Of a stretch of DNA of 64,000 bases, positions 46,951 to 63,744 are shown one piece after another (the stretch's first letter is position 1; each line of letters starts with the position of its first letter). A program made the position numbers and the translations under genes. The notes under the pieces were generated by a model. The model saw only the letters and a list, made by a program, of their open reading frames with translations, was not told where the DNA came from and did no database searches. The stretch is from the sequence record SRR22947727_5003, one strand, 5' to 3'.

Positions 46951-47382
46951 ATGATTCAGTTCCCCGAAGGTATGGATCCAGCGCTGATCGAACGACTGGT
47001 CGAGACCCAGGGTGGAGAACTTGCCCGAAAAATGGGTATCGACCTGGTGACCTTAGGCGCCGAATTATCGATTGCCCGAATGCCAGTGGAAGGTAATCGG
47101 CAGGTGGTCGGATTGCTACACGGTGGAGCTCACGTCGTCCTCGCTGAGTCGCTGGGCTCGATGTCTTCCGCTATCCACGCTGGACCCGACAAGATAGCCG
47201 TGGGAATCGAGATCAACGCGACCCATTCGCGGTCCGTCACTGAGGGAACTGTCGAGGCCACGTGTGAGGCGCTGGTGCTCGGTCGAACCCTCGCCACTCA
47301 CCAAATTACGATTCGGGATGAGGCGGGAAACCGACTCTCGACCGTCCGTATGACAAACTTCATTAAGGACCGCCCGGCCTAA
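46951..47382 (+). CDS. PaaI/hotdog-fold thioesterase
   Basis: GNRQ..GLLHGGA.VVLAESLGS and GIEINATH motifs. Confidence 0.88.
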   Translation: MIQFPEGMDPALIERLVETQGGELARKMGIDLVTLGAELSIARMPVEGNRQVVGLLHGGAHVVLAESLGSMSSAIHAGPDKIAVGIEINATHSRSVTEGTVEATCEALVLGRTLATHQITIRDEAGNRLSTVRMTNFIKDRPA

Positions 47383-47999
47383 ATCTCGGGATTGTCCGAT
47401 TTCTCCGCGAGCTGGTCAATAACAGTCTGGGCCACTTCTTTCATGGTCAAACGGCGGTCCATAGAGGCCTTCTGAATCCACCGGAATGCTTCAGGCTCGG
47501 TGAGACCCATGGTGTTGTTCAGAATTCCTTTAGCCCGGTCCAAAATCTTGCGGGTCTCGAGGCGCTCAGCCATGTCAGCCACCTCGTCCTCCAGAGCTTG
47601 GATTTGGGCGTAACGGCCCAGCGCAATGTCGATGGCGGGAATGAGGTCATTAGGTGTGAAGGGCTTGACCACATAGGCAAGAGCCCCCGCCTCGCTGGCT
47701 CGTTCGACCAGCTCCCTCTGGGAGAAGGCAGTCAAGAGCACCACGGGAGCGATCTTCTTTTTCGTGAGGATTTCTGCGGCGGAGATACCGTCCATCAGAG
47801 GCATCTTCACATCCATCACTACAAGGTCGGGTCGCAATTCCTCAGCTAGGGCGACGGCCTTTTCGCCGTCAGATGCTTCTGCAACGACCTCGAAACCGTG
47901 ATCACGCAGGGTTTCCACGATGTCAATACGAATGAGTGATTCGTCTTCCGCGACTATGACACGCTTAGCACCGGCGGAAACAGGGGTATTTTCGCTCAC
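47379..47999 (-). CDS. pdtaR: ANTAR-domain response regulator (PdtaR-like)
   Basis: Receiver domain (AEDE, MDVKMP, KPF) plus ANTAR (RK..DRAKG.L...EAFRWIQKASMDRR). Confidence 0.88.
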   Translation of the reverse strand: MSENTPVSAGAKRVIVAEDESLIRIDIVETLRDHGFEVVAEASDGEKAVALAEELRPDLVVMDVKMPLMDGISAAEILTKKKIAPVVLLTAFSQRELVERASEAGALAYVVKPFTPNDLIPAIDIALGRYAQIQALEDEVADMAERLETRKILDRAKGILNNTMGLTEPEAFRWIQKASMDRRLTMKEVAQTVIDQLAEKSDNPEI

Positions 48000-48045
48000 A
48001 ACTCGAGCCTAGGGTATGGTCATATCGCACACTGATGTGCGACAG

Positions 48046-48128
48046 GCCGGATTGGCGGAATGGCAGACGCGGAGCACTCAAAATGCTTTGTCCGAAAGGG
48101 CGTGTGGGTTCAAATCCCACATCCGGCA
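48046..48128 (+). tRNA. tRNA-Leu(CAA), CCA not encoded
   Basis: Acceptor GCCGGAT/ATCCGGC, D arm TGGCGGAATGGCAGACGC, anticodon arm GAGCA-CTCAAAA-TGCTT, long variable arm, T arm GTGGG-TTCAAAT-CCCAC. Confidence 0.95.
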
Positions 48129-48135
48129 CGTAACC

Positions 48136-49566
48136 CTAGCTCAGGGCGACGGACTCCTCTTGTCCGATGACGTGGACGCGAAGGTCATTGGTCGTTCCTA
48201 CGGTTCCGGGAGGGGATCCCGAAATCACCACGACCTTGTCCCCGACTTCTGCCAAACCGTTCTCAAGCAATGCTTTGTCAACCTGCGGATACATTTCATC
48301 GGTGTGCTTGACCCGCGGGGTCGCGAAAGACTCAATGCCCCAGGTGAGGGCGATGCGTCGTCTCGCATCCTCGGACGGTGTGAAAGCCAGCATAGGAATC
48401 CTGGAGCGCAACCTGGACATGCGTCGAGCAGAGTCCCCAGACTCGGTGAACACACACAGGAACTTGGCTTCAACGAACTCCGCGACTTCAGCTGCGGCCA
48501 AGGTAATGGCGCCCCCCTGAGTCCGGGGCTTTGTGCCAAGCGGTGGAATTCGGCCGAGCCCGTGCTCCTCTGAGGAGGCAAGAATTCGGGCCATCGTGGC
48601 GACAGTGATCGCAGGATACTTCCCGACACTCGTCTCACCGCTCAACATGACCGCGTCAGCTCCATCGAGCACAGCGTTGGCCACGTCAGAAGTTTCCGCT
48701 CGAGTGGGCACAGGTGCATCGATCATCGACTCGAGCATCTGGGTTGCCACGATCACGGGCTTTGCCATCTTGCGAGCGAGCTCAATTGCACGTTTCTGCA
48801 CGATGGGGACTGTTTCCGGAGGAAGCTCGACCCCGAGATCACCTCGGGCCACCATGATTCCGTCAAAAGCGTCGACGATCTCCTCGAGGGCATCGACGGC
48901 TTCAGGCTTCTCGATCTTGGCGATAACGGGGCAGGACCGGCCTTCTTCTCGCATGATTTCCCTCACGCGATCGACATCCGCTGCATTGCGAACAAAGCTC
49001 AATGCGACGTAGTCGCACCCGAGACCGAGGCCCCACCGCAAATCTGACTCGTCCTTGTCGGAAAGAGCAGGCGCAGATACCGCAACACCGGGAAGGTTGA
49101 TTCCCTTGTTGTTCGATACCATTCCCCCCACAATCACTGTGGTGACAACATCTTCTGCGCCCGAGGAAATAGCCTCAAGGCGGACTTTTCCGTCGTCAAT
49201 GAGAAGGGTGTCGCCCGGCTTAACGTCTCCGGGTAGACCTTTGTAGGTCGTTCCCACAAGTTCCTTGGTTCCCTCTACATCACGCGTGGTGATCGTGAAG
49301 GTGTCACCGTTCTTGAGTTCGTGAGGACCCGCAGCGAACTTCTCCAGACGAATTTTGGGCCCCTGCAGGTCGACCAGGACGCCGATGGGCTTGTTCGCAT
49401 CTGCTGCAGCCCGTCGGACGTTCGCATAAATTTCTTCGTGAACGTCTCTCGCCCCATGCGACAGATTCATGCGGAAAATATTGGCTCCGGCTTCCATCAC
49501 GGACATGATGTCGTCATAGCTGGAGGTTGCAGGCCCGAGAGTGGCCACAATTTTGGCGCGTCGCAT
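48136..49566 (-). CDS. pyk: Pyruvate kinase
   Basis: AKIVATLGPA, DLQGPKIR, IAKIEKPEA, MVARGDLGVE, MLSGETS. Confidence 0.97.
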   Translation of the reverse strand: MRRAKIVATLGPATSSYDDIMSVMEAGANIFRMNLSHGARDVHEEIYANVRRAAADANKPIGVLVDLQGPKIRLEKFAAGPHELKNGDTFTITTRDVEGTKELVGTTYKGLPGDVKPGDTLLIDDGKVRLEAISSGAEDVVTTVIVGGMVSNNKGINLPGVAVSAPALSDKDESDLRWGLGLGCDYVALSFVRNAADVDRVREIMREEGRSCPVIAKIEKPEAVDALEEIVDAFDGIMVARGDLGVELPPETVPIVQKRAIELARKMAKPVIVATQMLESMIDAPVPTRAETSDVANAVLDGADAVMLSGETSVGKYPAITVATMARILASSEEHGLGRIPPLGTKPRTQGGAITLAAAEVAEFVEAKFLCVFTESGDSARRMSRLRSRIPMLAFTPSEDARRRIALTWGIESFATPRVKHTDEMYPQVDKALLENGLAEVGDKVVVISGSPPGTVGTTNDLRVHVIGQEESVALS

Positions 49567-49583
49567 GAAATCCTTCGGTGGTG

Positions 49584-55611
<6,028 letters not shown>

Positions 55612-55616
55612 CACCG

Positions 55617-55669
55617 TCCTCAGAGTTATGAAGAGTGGGACAACGATGGCCCAGAGAAGGAGAAATATA
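55617..55669 (-). promoter_or_regulatory. Putative gltB promoter and two-hairpin leader
   Basis: -10 TATATT (55664-55669); hairpin TGGGCC-ATCGTT-GTCCCA; hairpin TCTTCA-TAACTC-TGAGGA covering the SD. Confidence 0.5.
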
Positions 55670-55683
55670 GTGCGGGTGGGGAC

Positions 55684-56673
55684 CTAACTTGTGGTCGATC
55701 CTTGACTACCCGAATTCTTTTCCGATGCGCCGACTATATCGTCGACGGAATAGTAATCGTCTGAAGAGTCTACCTCAGACTCGGGCTCCCACTGGCGTCC
55801 CGGAACGTAGGCGCTTGGTTCTGACCCTGGATGGCGGAACCCCTGGCGGAGATACAGGATGACGCCGAGCGCTATTGCCGCAAGTGCACCCCAGACGTTA
55901 ACCCGAACGCCAAGGATGAGTTCTGCGGGGTCAAGACGGATGGTCTCGAGGAGCGCGCGTCCGATGCCGTACCACACGAGGTACAGGGCGAAGACTCGAC
56001 CCCATTGGAGTGATAGCTTCCGTCCCACCCAGATCAGGACCAGTGCACCCAGAATGTTCCACAGCATCTCGTAGGCAAACGTGGGATGAAACAGCGTCGC
56101 GTCTGGAATGCCCACCGGGATTGCAGGGTTGGGGCGATCAATCTGAAGTCCCCAGGGCAAGCCAGTTGGAGCTCCAAAAAGTTCCTGATTGAAGTAGTTT
56201 CCCGTGCGACCTATTCCTTGGGCGAGTAACAATCCGGGGGCCAAGGCGTCGGCGAACGCCGAGAACCGCAAACCCGCGCTGCGGGCACCGATATAGGCCC
56301 CGACAGCGCCCAAGGAGATGGCGCCAAGAATCGCCAGCCCACCTTCCCACACGTAGGAAATACGCAGGAGGTCTGCTCCCTCGTAGAAGTAATCGGCGGG
56401 GTGTGTGGCGACGTGGTAGAGACGTCCCCCGAGTATTCCAAAGGGAACGGCCCACAAGGCGATATCCAAAACTAGCCACGGCTCAACACCCCGTGCCGTG
56501 AGGCGACGGTTGGTCAGCCACAAGGCGACCCCGATACCCAGCAAGATGAACACGGCATACGCGTTGAGTGTGAGATTGAGCGAGAACCACTCAAGACCCA
56601 GGTCACGCAACCACGCACCAATGTTGAAGGACCTCCAGTTGGAGGGTGGGCTGGGAATTCCTTCCGGAGTCAT
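55684..56673 (-). CDS. lgt: Prolipoprotein diacylglyceryl transferase
   Basis: GGRLYHV, WEGGL, GRTGNYFNQELFG, HPTF.YE. Confidence 0.93.
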   Translation of the reverse strand: MTPEGIPSPPSNWRSFNIGAWLRDLGLEWFSLNLTLNAYAVFILLGIGVALWLTNRRLTARGVEPWLVLDIALWAVPFGILGGRLYHVATHPADYFYEGADLLRISYVWEGGLAILGAISLGAVGAYIGARSAGLRFSAFADALAPGLLLAQGIGRTGNYFNQELFGAPTGLPWGLQIDRPNPAIPVGIPDATLFHPTFAYEMLWNILGALVLIWVGRKLSLQWGRVFALYLVWYGIGRALLETIRLDPAELILGVRVNVWGALAAIALGVILYLRQGFRHPGSEPSAYVPGRQWEPESEVDSSDDYYSVDDIVGASEKNSGSQGSTTS

Positions 56674-57486
56674 TTATGCCTTTCCTGAACCCGCGAGGGA
56701 TCGCATCGTGCCTGCTTGAAGCTCGCCGACCAAAGTGGCAACACTGTCAACTCCCCCATCGGCGAGCGCCCGCACGAGGGCGGAGCCGACAATGGCCCCA
56801 TCAGCAAACGAGACCACGTCTCGAACCTGAGCGGGTGTGGAAATTCCCAGACCCACGCAGACCTCGCGTGCACCGTTACGGTACAGGCGTTCCACCAGAG
56901 ATTTGGCGGCGACATCCACGTCATCTCTGGTCCCAGTAATGCCCATGGTTGATACCGCGTACACAAACCCTCGAGACGATTGCGCGGCACGACCCAAGCG
57001 TTCGTCTGTCGAGGAGGGCGCGGCGAGGAACACGGCTTCGAGTCCATACCGTTCAGATACCTCTGCCCACTGTGCAGCTTCGTCGGGTATGAGGTCTGGC
57101 GTGATCAGCCCTGCTCCCCCGGCGTCTTTCAAGTCTCTGGCAAAGTTCTCAACCCCGTACTGAACCACCGGGTTCCAATAGGTCATCACCAGGACAGGTT
57201 TATCGCTTCGATCGGTGATGGCCCGAATCGCGGGGAAAAGATCCTTCAGTTTGAAGCCGTTCTCGAGAGCTTTCTGCGTTGCCTCGGCAATCACGACCCC
57301 ATCCATGACGGGATCTGAGTAGGGCACACCGAACTCGAGGATGTCAGCCCCCGCGTCCAACGTTGCGATCGCAGCTGAAACGCTGTCCTCCACAGTGGGA
57401 AATCCTGCCGGAAGATACGCCACGAGAACGCCGTGACCCTCTGCCTTCCTGGCAGCAATTGTCTCCTGGACAGTCCTCCGGGTCAT
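56674..57486 (-). CDS. trpA: Tryptophan synthase alpha chain
   Basis: [30 protein letters not shown]. Confidence 0.96.
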   Translation of the reverse strand: MTRRTVQETIAARKAEGHGVLVAYLPAGFPTVEDSVSAAIATLDAGADILEFGVPYSDPVMDGVVIAEATQKALENGFKLKDLFPAIRAITDRSDKPVLVMTYWNPVVQYGVENFARDLKDAGGAGLITPDLIPDEAAQWAEVSERYGLEAVFLAAPSSTDERLGRAAQSSRGFVYAVSTMGITGTRDDVDVAAKSLVERLYRNGAREVCVGLGISTPAQVRDVVSFADGAIVGSALVRALADGGVDSVATLVGELQAGTMRSLAGSGKA

Positions 57487-58700
57487 GAGCCCTCCGGGCT
57501 GGTGCCCAACAGCCGGAAGTAACGGGCCGCTGTTTCCATGTCTTTGTCACCGCGGCCACTCAGGGACACGAGAATTGAGGCATCAGGACCGAGCTCCTGG
57601 CCAAGATTCTGCGTGCCAGCAAGGGCATGCGCGGTCTCTATCGCCGGAATGATTCCTTCGGTTTGGCTGAGCAAGCGAAGAGCCTGCATCGCCTGGTCAT
57701 CGGTGATCGGCACATACTCAGCACGCTCAATCGACGCTAGCCACGCATGTTCCGGACCAATTCCCGGGTAGTCAAGTCCCGCTGAAATCGAGTGAGACTC
57801 AATCGTCTGCCCGTCCTCGTCCTGAAGCACAAGGGAGCGCGCACCGTGGAGCATTCCGGGCTTCCCGCGACTGATGGTCGCCGCATGGTGCGGAGTATCC
57901 ACACCATCGCCAGCAGCTTCGTACCCCACCAAACGCACACTGGGGTCATCAAGAAAAGCATGGAAAATCCCCATGGCGTTGCTGCCACCACCCACACACG
58001 CGGTCACCGCCGTGGGGAGAGCTCCCGTGAGCTCCAACATTTGCTCACGCGCTTCAGTCCCAATAACAGAGTGGAAATCACGCACGATCAGCGGGAACGG
58101 GTGCGGTCCTGCAACAGTACCCAGCAAGTAGTGGGTCGTGTCGACGTTAGCGACCCAATCGCGCATCGCATCGTTGATGGCGTCCTTGAGCGTTCGTGAC
58201 CCAGTCTTAACCGCGTGGACCTCAGCCCCCAGCAGGCGCATCCGGGCGACGTTGAGTGCCTGCCTCTCGGTATCGACCTCGCCCATATAGACGACGCACT
58301 CCATACCCATGAGTGCCGCTGCGGTCGCGGTAGCAACACCGTGCTGACCGGCCCCGGTCTCAGCGATGAGGCGCTTCTTCCCCAGCCGCTTCGCCAGCAG
58401 GGCCTGTCCTAAGACATTGTTGATCTTGTGACTTCCGGTGTGGTTGAGGTCCTCACGCTTAAGGAAGATACGGGCGCCACCACAGTGTTCCGCGAATCTG
58501 TGGGCCTCGGTGATGATGGAAGGGCGTCCCGTGTAGGTCTTGTGAAGTTCAGCAAGTTCAGCGGTAAAGGATGAATCAGCTTGCGCCTCACGATAAGCAC
58601 GCTCTAGTTCGTCGAGTGCGTGGATAAGCGACTCGGGAACAAATCGCCCACCGAATTCCCCGTAATAGGGCCCCGAAACCTCGCGCAAGGATTGAGTCAT
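57483..58700 (-). CDS. trpB: Tryptophan synthase beta chain
   Basis: [35 protein letters not shown]. Confidence 0.97.
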   Translation of the reverse strand: MTQSLREVSGPYYGEFGGRFVPESLIHALDELERAYREAQADSSFTAELAELHKTYTGRPSIITEAHRFAEHCGGARIFLKREDLNHTGSHKINNVLGQALLAKRLGKKRLIAETGAGQHGVATATAAALMGMECVVYMGEVDTERQALNVARMRLLGAEVHAVKTGSRTLKDAINDAMRDWVANVDTTHYLLGTVAGPHPFPLIVRDFHSVIGTEAREQMLELTGALPTAVTACVGGGSNAMGIFHAFLDDPSVRLVGYEAAGDGVDTPHHAATISRGKPGMLHGARSLVLQDEDGQTIESHSISAGLDYPGIGPEHAWLASIERAEYVPITDDQAMQALRLLSQTEGIIPAIETAHALAGTQNLGQELGPDASILVSLSGRGDKDMETAARYFRLLGTSPEGS

Positions 58701-59467
58701 GCTTCCACAAACTCCTTCACTGTGTGCTCTGGGGTCACACCGGTCACGAGAGCCTCGCCAACCAATACGGCGTGTGCACCCTGTTCACGGTACCGCGTCA
58801 CATCCTGTGAATTCACCACCGCGGACTCCGCAACCTTCAGCACGCCCTCAGGAATCAGGTGCTGCAATCGCCCGAAAAGCTCCTGGTCAAGTTCGAAAGT
58901 TGTGAGGTCGCGGGCATTCACACCAATAATGCGAGCACCGAGGGTCACGGCACGAACAAGTTCCTCCTCGGAGTGGGTCTCCACTAGGGCTTCCATCCCC
59001 CAAGAGTGGGTGATCTCGAGAAGTCTTGCCACCTCTTCATCCGCAAGCCCAGCCATGATCAATAACACCAGATCAGCGCCATGAGCCCGCGCCTCAACAA
59101 TTTGGTACTCGTTGGCGATGAAGTCTTTGCGGAGCACGGGGATACTGACAGCCTGGGAGACATCCTCAAGGTCCTTGAGTGAGCCACCAAAGCGTCTCTC
59201 CTCCGTCAGCACGCTGATAACACTCGCTCCCCCTCGCTCGTAGGCGAGTGCAAGACCTACGGGGTCGGCGATGCTGGCGAGCTCGCCTTTGGAGGGACTC
59301 CGGCGTTTGATCTCCGCGATGATGTGGACGTGGTCTCGGGGGATGAGACCGGTCAGATCGCGGACCTCTGGGGCACTCTTCGCCCGAGCAATAAGGGCAC
59401 CGAGAGGTTCTAGTAGCTCTCTCGCCCGAGCGTCCTCGAGGGCTCCTTCGTAAAGGCCTGTGAGCAC
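58697..59467 (-). CDS. trpC: Indole-3-glycerol phosphate synthase
   Basis: [29 protein letters not shown]. Confidence 0.95.
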   Translation of the reverse strand: MLTGLYEGALEDARARELLEPLGALIARAKSAPEVRDLTGLIPRDHVHIIAEIKRRSPSKGELASIADPVGLALAYERGGASVISVLTEERRFGGSLKDLEDVSQAVSIPVLRKDFIANEYQIVEARAHGADLVLLIMAGLADEEVARLLEITHSWGMEALVETHSEEELVRAVTLGARIIGVNARDLTTFELDQELFGRLQHLIPEGVLKVAESAVVNSQDVTRYREQGAHAVLVGEALVTGVTPEHTVKEFVEA

Positions 59468-59698
59468 CTAAGCGTGATCCTTAGGCTGGTATTTCGGACC
59501 GCGCACGCCCCACCCCATCGCTGCCAGGACAAAACCCAGCCCCCAGCCCAGCAACGTCAGGACAGCACTGCCAATAACCAGCCACCACATCTGGAAAAAG
59601 AACGCAATGGTCCCGATGGACAAAGCGAAAATCATAACCGTCACAGCGGTCCATGCGGCGGGCGAGTGTCCGTGGCCTGGATCAGACGCGGGGTTCAT
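59468..59698 (-). CDS. HGxxPAAW-family small membrane protein
   Basis: GHGHSPAAW followed by two TMs; SD AAGGAG before ATG 59698 (the ORF track extends it too far upstream). Confidence 0.8.
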   Translation of the reverse strand: MNPASDPGHGHSPAAWTAVTVMIFALSIGTIAFFFQMWWLVIGSAVLTLLGWGLGFVLAAMGWGVRGPKYQPKDHA

Positions 59699-59729
59699 GG
59701 GGTCTCCTTCACGATAATTCGTCCTCAGT

Positions 59730-60281
59730 CTACCGTTGGGTCGGGTCGGTGCCGTCGCTGAGTGAGTCCCATGCTGACACACTGTCCTCCACGGAACCCG
59801 TGGACGTGTGCCTCGCAAAACGATCCGCCGAAGCGCTTTTGTCGGGCATGAATATCGCCAGGGCAGCCGAGCCTGCCGCCAAAACGCCGGACAGGACTGC
59901 CGAGAGGTGCCACCCTGTGAGGGCCACGGTCTCGACGAGTTCCAGGGCGCTCTCACCCGCAACACCGGTGAGCAACGTCACCCCCTCGAGTGTCGATGAC
60001 AGAGGGTTTCCCGCCACCGCGACCGCAAGGCTTGTGAACGCGATACCGGCCACACCCTGCAGTGCAGCCGTCAGTTTCCGGACAAGCCCCCTGAGCGTGA
60101 ACTGAAGGCCATAGGCCGCGAGCACGACCGCCCCCACACTCCACAGCAGGGCGCTTGCTGATGTTCCTGAAACCTCAACGCTCTGCCCCGACACAAGGGT
60201 GGCAGCCCACCAGGTGGTGGCAGAACCAAAGGCTGCGCTCAGAATCGCGAGAACCGCCAACAGGTGATGAAGCCGTCTCAT
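59730..60281 (-). CDS. Trp biosynthesis-associated membrane protein
   Basis: About four TMs, C-terminal WDSLS.G.DPT motif, located between trpE and trpC. Confidence 0.8.
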   Translation of the reverse strand: MRRLHHLLAVLAILSAAFGSATTWWAATLVSGQSVEVSGTSASALLWSVGAVVLAAYGLQFTLRGLVRKLTAALQGVAGIAFTSLAVAVAGNPLSSTLEGVTLLTGVAGESALELVETVALTGWHLSAVLSGVLAAGSAALAIFMPDKSASADRFARHTSTGSVEDSVSAWDSLSDGTDPTQR

Positions 60282-61792
60282 CGCACGTCAGGTTTCAAGG
60301 CGTTTGCAATGCGGATAGCTCGAGCAGGAGCCGACGCCTTATGAATCGTCTCTCGATACTCACTCGCGGGGTCGGAGTCTGCAACAATTCCGGCTCCGGC
60401 TTGAACGATCGCCCGTGAGCCTTGCATCCAGACGGTGCGAATAGTGATGGCTAGGTCAGCGTCGCCCGAATGGCCAAAATATCCGACAACCCCGCCATAA
60501 ACACCCCGTTGGGTGGGTTCCAGGTCGTCAATGATCTCAAGTGCCCGAGGTTTTGGTGCCCCGCTCAACGTCCCCGCGGGGAAAGTGGCGCGGAAGACGT
60601 CCACCGCTGACTTGTCAGACGACAGATCCCCCTCCACGGAGGAGACCAGGTGCATGATGTGACTAAAGCGCTCAACCTGCATGAAATCGGTCACTTCGAC
60701 GGTTCCAGCATCACAAACCTTGGACAAATCGTTCCGCGCAAGGTCCACCAACATCAGGTGCTCTGCTTGTTCCTTTGTGTCCGCCAGCAGTTCCTGAGCA
60801 TGTCGCTGGTCCTCCTCCACGCTTCCCCCTCGGGGTCGTGACCCTGCTATCGGGTGAGAGTAAACCCTCCCCCGCTGAAGGGTGACGAGGGCCTCCGGGG
60901 AGGAGCCCACGACATGGTAGGTCTCGCCGGAAACGCCCTGGCACTCGAGCAAGTACATATAAGGACTCGGATTCACCGAGCGCAGAACTCGATACACCTC
61001 GAGAGGACTTGCGTCCACCTGAAACTCGAATTGCTGGGAGAGGACAACCTGGAAGACATCACCGTCGTCGATGTGTTTCTTGGCGCGAGCCACCATCTCG
61101 AAGAACTGATCCTCGTCAAGAGCGGGATGAGGAAGTTCCTCAGGGGGTTCGGTTTTCTGATGGAGTGTCGAGGAGGTGGGTTGAGTGAGTGCTTCATGCA
61201 TCGAATCCAGCCGAGCAACCGCGCGCTGATAATCCTCGACCCCAACCGGCTGATCAGAGTGCGTGAGAGCGACCAGCACAACTTCTGAGGAGTGGTGATC
61301 AAACGCGACGAAGTCGCGCACCAGTGCGAGATGCATCGCCGGCACGGTGTGCGTTGCCAGAGGCGGATGTGGCAAACGCTCAACCTCGCGGACAGCTTCC
61401 CAACCGATGTGACCCACGAGGCCCCCGGCAAAAGGAGGAAGATCAGGAATCGGATCGGAGAGCCAACGCTGGTGCAGAACCTCCAGCGCGTCGAGAGGTC
61501 TCTCAGGCATCTCCTGCCCAAAAGCGTCCAACGCTGACATCCCGTGGCTGAGCCAGAGCGCTCGGTCGTTCTCTTGAGAGAGGACACCGTGAACTGCGAC
61601 TCCGAGGAAGGAATACCTCGACCATTTTCCCGCCTGATCTGCCGATTCGAGAAGGAATGATCCAGGCCCGCGAGAGAGTTTGCGATAAAGCCCCATCGGG
61701 GTTTCACTATCCGCGAAGAGGCGGCGGATCACAGGAGTAACTCGACGGTTTTCGCCCCACTCAAGGAACTCTTCGAGGCGAGTATCAGACAT
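60278..61792 (-). CDS. trpE: Anthranilate synthase component I
   Basis: FLLES, GDVFQVVLSQ, NPSPYMY, PIAGSRPRG, EHLMLVDLARND, PAGTLSGAPK. Start set at ATG 61792, overlapping hisI. Confidence 0.93.
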   Translation of the reverse strand: MSDTRLEEFLEWGENRRVTPVIRRLFADSETPMGLYRKLSRGPGSFLLESADQAGKWSRYSFLGVAVHGVLSQENDRALWLSHGMSALDAFGQEMPERPLDALEVLHQRWLSDPIPDLPPFAGGLVGHIGWEAVREVERLPHPPLATHTVPAMHLALVRDFVAFDHHSSEVVLVALTHSDQPVGVEDYQRAVARLDSMHEALTQPTSSTLHQKTEPPEELPHPALDEDQFFEMVARAKKHIDDGDVFQVVLSQQFEFQVDASPLEVYRVLRSVNPSPYMYLLECQGVSGETYHVVGSSPEALVTLQRGRVYSHPIAGSRPRGGSVEEDQRHAQELLADTKEQAEHLMLVDLARNDLSKVCDAGTVEVTDFMQVERFSHIMHLVSSVEGDLSSDKSAVDVFRATFPAGTLSGAPKPRALEIIDDLEPTQRGVYGGVVGYFGHSGDADLAITIRTVWMQGSRAIVQAGAGIVADSDPASEYRETIHKASAPARAIRIANALKPDVR

Positions 61793-62141
61793 CGGAATGA
61801 TCCGCTTCGAAGCAAGTGTCTGATCCGGTGTGGCAGGCGGGTCCCGTTTGTTCGACGTCGGCCAAAAGAACATCACCGTCGCAGTCCAACCGGATCCGCC
61901 TGGCTACCTGGATGTTCCCGCTCGTGTCGCCTTTACGCCAATATTCCCTGCGTGAGCGGCTGAAATAGGTCACTCGGCCCTCTGCCAGTGTTCTGGACAA
62001 CGCTTCGGCGTCCATCCAGGCCATCATGAGCACTGCTCGTGAGGAAATATCCTGCGCGATGCAGGGAATGAGACCATCCGCCGAAAAGGTCGCACGCTCG
62101 AGAATGGCGGGGTCCGCCTCAACTACCCACGACGTACTCAT
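61785..62141 (-). CDS. hisI: Phosphoribosyl-AMP cyclohydrolase
   Basis: SRSR...[21 protein letters not shown]. Confidence 0.95.
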   Translation of the reverse strand: MSTSWVVEADPAILERATFSADGLIPCIAQDISSRAVLMMAWMDAEALSRTLAEGRVTYFSRSRREYWRKGDTSGNIQVARRIRLDCDGDVLLADVEQTGPACHTGSDTCFEADHSDV

Positions 62142-62899
62142 CTCACCACCGCCCCTGCGCCCTCGAGGGCACTCTTCACGTCTCGAATACTGACTTTATC
62201 GTGGTGGAATATTGATGCTGCGAGCACAGCGTCAGCCCCGGCCTCATAGGCACCCACCGCATCCTGCGCGTTGCCGGCACCTCCTGAGGCGACGAGCGGA
62301 AGCTGAGAGATCGCGCGAACATCGCGAATCATCTCGACATCGAAACCCTGTTTGGTCCCATCAGCATCGATGGAATTGAGAAGGATTTCTCCTGCCCCAC
62401 GCTCGGACGCTTCGCGAACCCATTCGAGGGCATCAACACCAGCACTCTTGCGACCCCCGTGCGTCGTCACCACGTAACCCGAGGGCATTGCGGCGTCTCG
62501 CTTTGCATCGACGGAAATCACACACACTTGTTGACCGAAATGCGCCGCGATCTCATCGAGGAGGTCTGGTCTGGCGAGAGCCGCACTGTTGACGCTAATT
62601 TTGTCTGCGCCGTGCTCGAGGAGTGTTCCGACGTCAGAGACTGAGCGAACTCCGCCACCGACCGTCAACGGGATAAAGACGTTCTCAGCGGTGTGACGAA
62701 CAAGGTCGAGGGTCGTCCTGCGGTCGTCCACGGTCGCGGTGACATCCAGAAAGGTGATCTCATCGGCGCCTTGCTCGCCATAGAGAGCGGCGAGTTCCAC
62801 GGGGTCCCCCGCATCAACCAGGTCGAGGAAATTCACTCCCTTCACCACTCGCCCCTTGTCGACATCAAGGCAGGGAATGACCCGGACCGAGAGCGACAT
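62138..62899 (-). CDS. hisF: Imidazole glycerol phosphate synthase cyclase subunit
   Basis: [31 protein letters not shown]. Confidence 0.96.
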   Translation of the reverse strand: MSLSVRVIPCLDVDKGRVVKGVNFLDLVDAGDPVELAALYGEQGADEITFLDVTATVDDRRTTLDLVRHTAENVFIPLTVGGGVRSVSDVGTLLEHGADKISVNSAALARPDLLDEIAAHFGQQVCVISVDAKRDAAMPSGYVVTTHGGRKSAGVDALEWVREASERGAGEILLNSIDADGTKQGFDVEMIRDVRAISQLPLVASGGAGNAQDAVGAYEAGADAVLAASIFHHDKVSIRDVKSALEGAGAVVR

Positions 62900-63744
62900 T
62901 AGATACGCGCTGCGTGAATGGCAGACACAAGAATCGCGCGAGCGCCGAGAGCGTAGAGCTTGTCCATGACCTGGTTGGCGTCATCCCTGGGAACCATAGC
63001 CCGGACCGCAACCCAGGAAGGATCACGGAGCGGTGAGACGGTAGGTGATTCCAGTCCCGGTGTAATCGCTGACGCCTCTTCCAGGAGGGCTTGCGGCAGG
63101 TCGTAATCCATCAGCACGTACTGCTTTGCCACCCACACTCCGTGGAGCCTCCTGCGCAAGGTCTCGATACCAGGAATATCGGGCGTGAGACTGATGAGAA
63201 TTGCCTCCGACTCCAGGATCACGGGACCAAAGATCTCTAGCCCTTGAGCCTTCAGGGTCGCTCCCGTCGAGACGACATCGGCGACAGCATCGGCGACCCC
63301 CAAACGGACGGCAGATTCCACGGCGCCATCGAGTGTCACGATGTCGGCCGTCACACCGGCTTTCGCCAAAAAGTCTCCAACCAGACCTGGGTAGGAGGTC
63401 GCGACACGTTTACCGTTGAGGTCTGACACCTCGGAAATCCCCGCGGGTCCGGCGAATCGAAAGGTCGAGTGACCGAAACCCAAAGGCTGAATCTCGAGGG
63501 CCTCGGTGTCGGAATCCAATAACAGGTCGCGGCCGGTGATCCCTACATCCAGGGCACCCGACCCCACGTATGTGGCAATGTCCCGTGGTCTGAGGAAGAA
63601 GAATTCCACGCCGTTACGAGGATCGGGGACAGTGAGTGCGCGGGGGTCTCGCCGGCCGACATAACCGGCCTCGACGAGCATCGCACTGGCGGTGTCGGAC
63701 AGTGTCCCTTTATTGGGAACGGCAATGCGCAACGGTTCGCTCAT
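62899..63744 (-). CDS. hisG: ATP phosphoribosyltransferase (long form)
   Basis: [32 protein letters not shown]-terminal regulatory domain. Confidence 0.95.
   Translation of the reverse strand: MSEPLRIAVPNKGTLSDTASAMLVEAGYVGRRDPRALTVPDPRNGVEFFFLRPRDIATYVGSGALDVGITGRDLLLDSDTEALEIQPLGFGHSTFRFAGPAGISEVSDLNGKRVATSYPGLVGDFLAKAGVTADIVTLDGAVESAVRLGVADAVADVVSTGATLKAQGLEIFGPVILESEAILISLTPDIPGIETLRRRLHGVWVAKQYVLMDYDLPQALLEEASAITPGLESPTVSPLRDPSWVAVRAMVPRDDANQVMDKLYALGARAILVSAIHAARI

Noticed and set aside
48016..48573. 185-aa ORF spanning the tRNA
   Set aside because: It overlaps tRNA-Leu and is antisense to pyk; spurious
59699..59965. Upstream extension of the HGxxPAAW ORF
   Set aside because: It overlaps the neighbouring membrane gene in another frame; a strong SD supports ATG 59698
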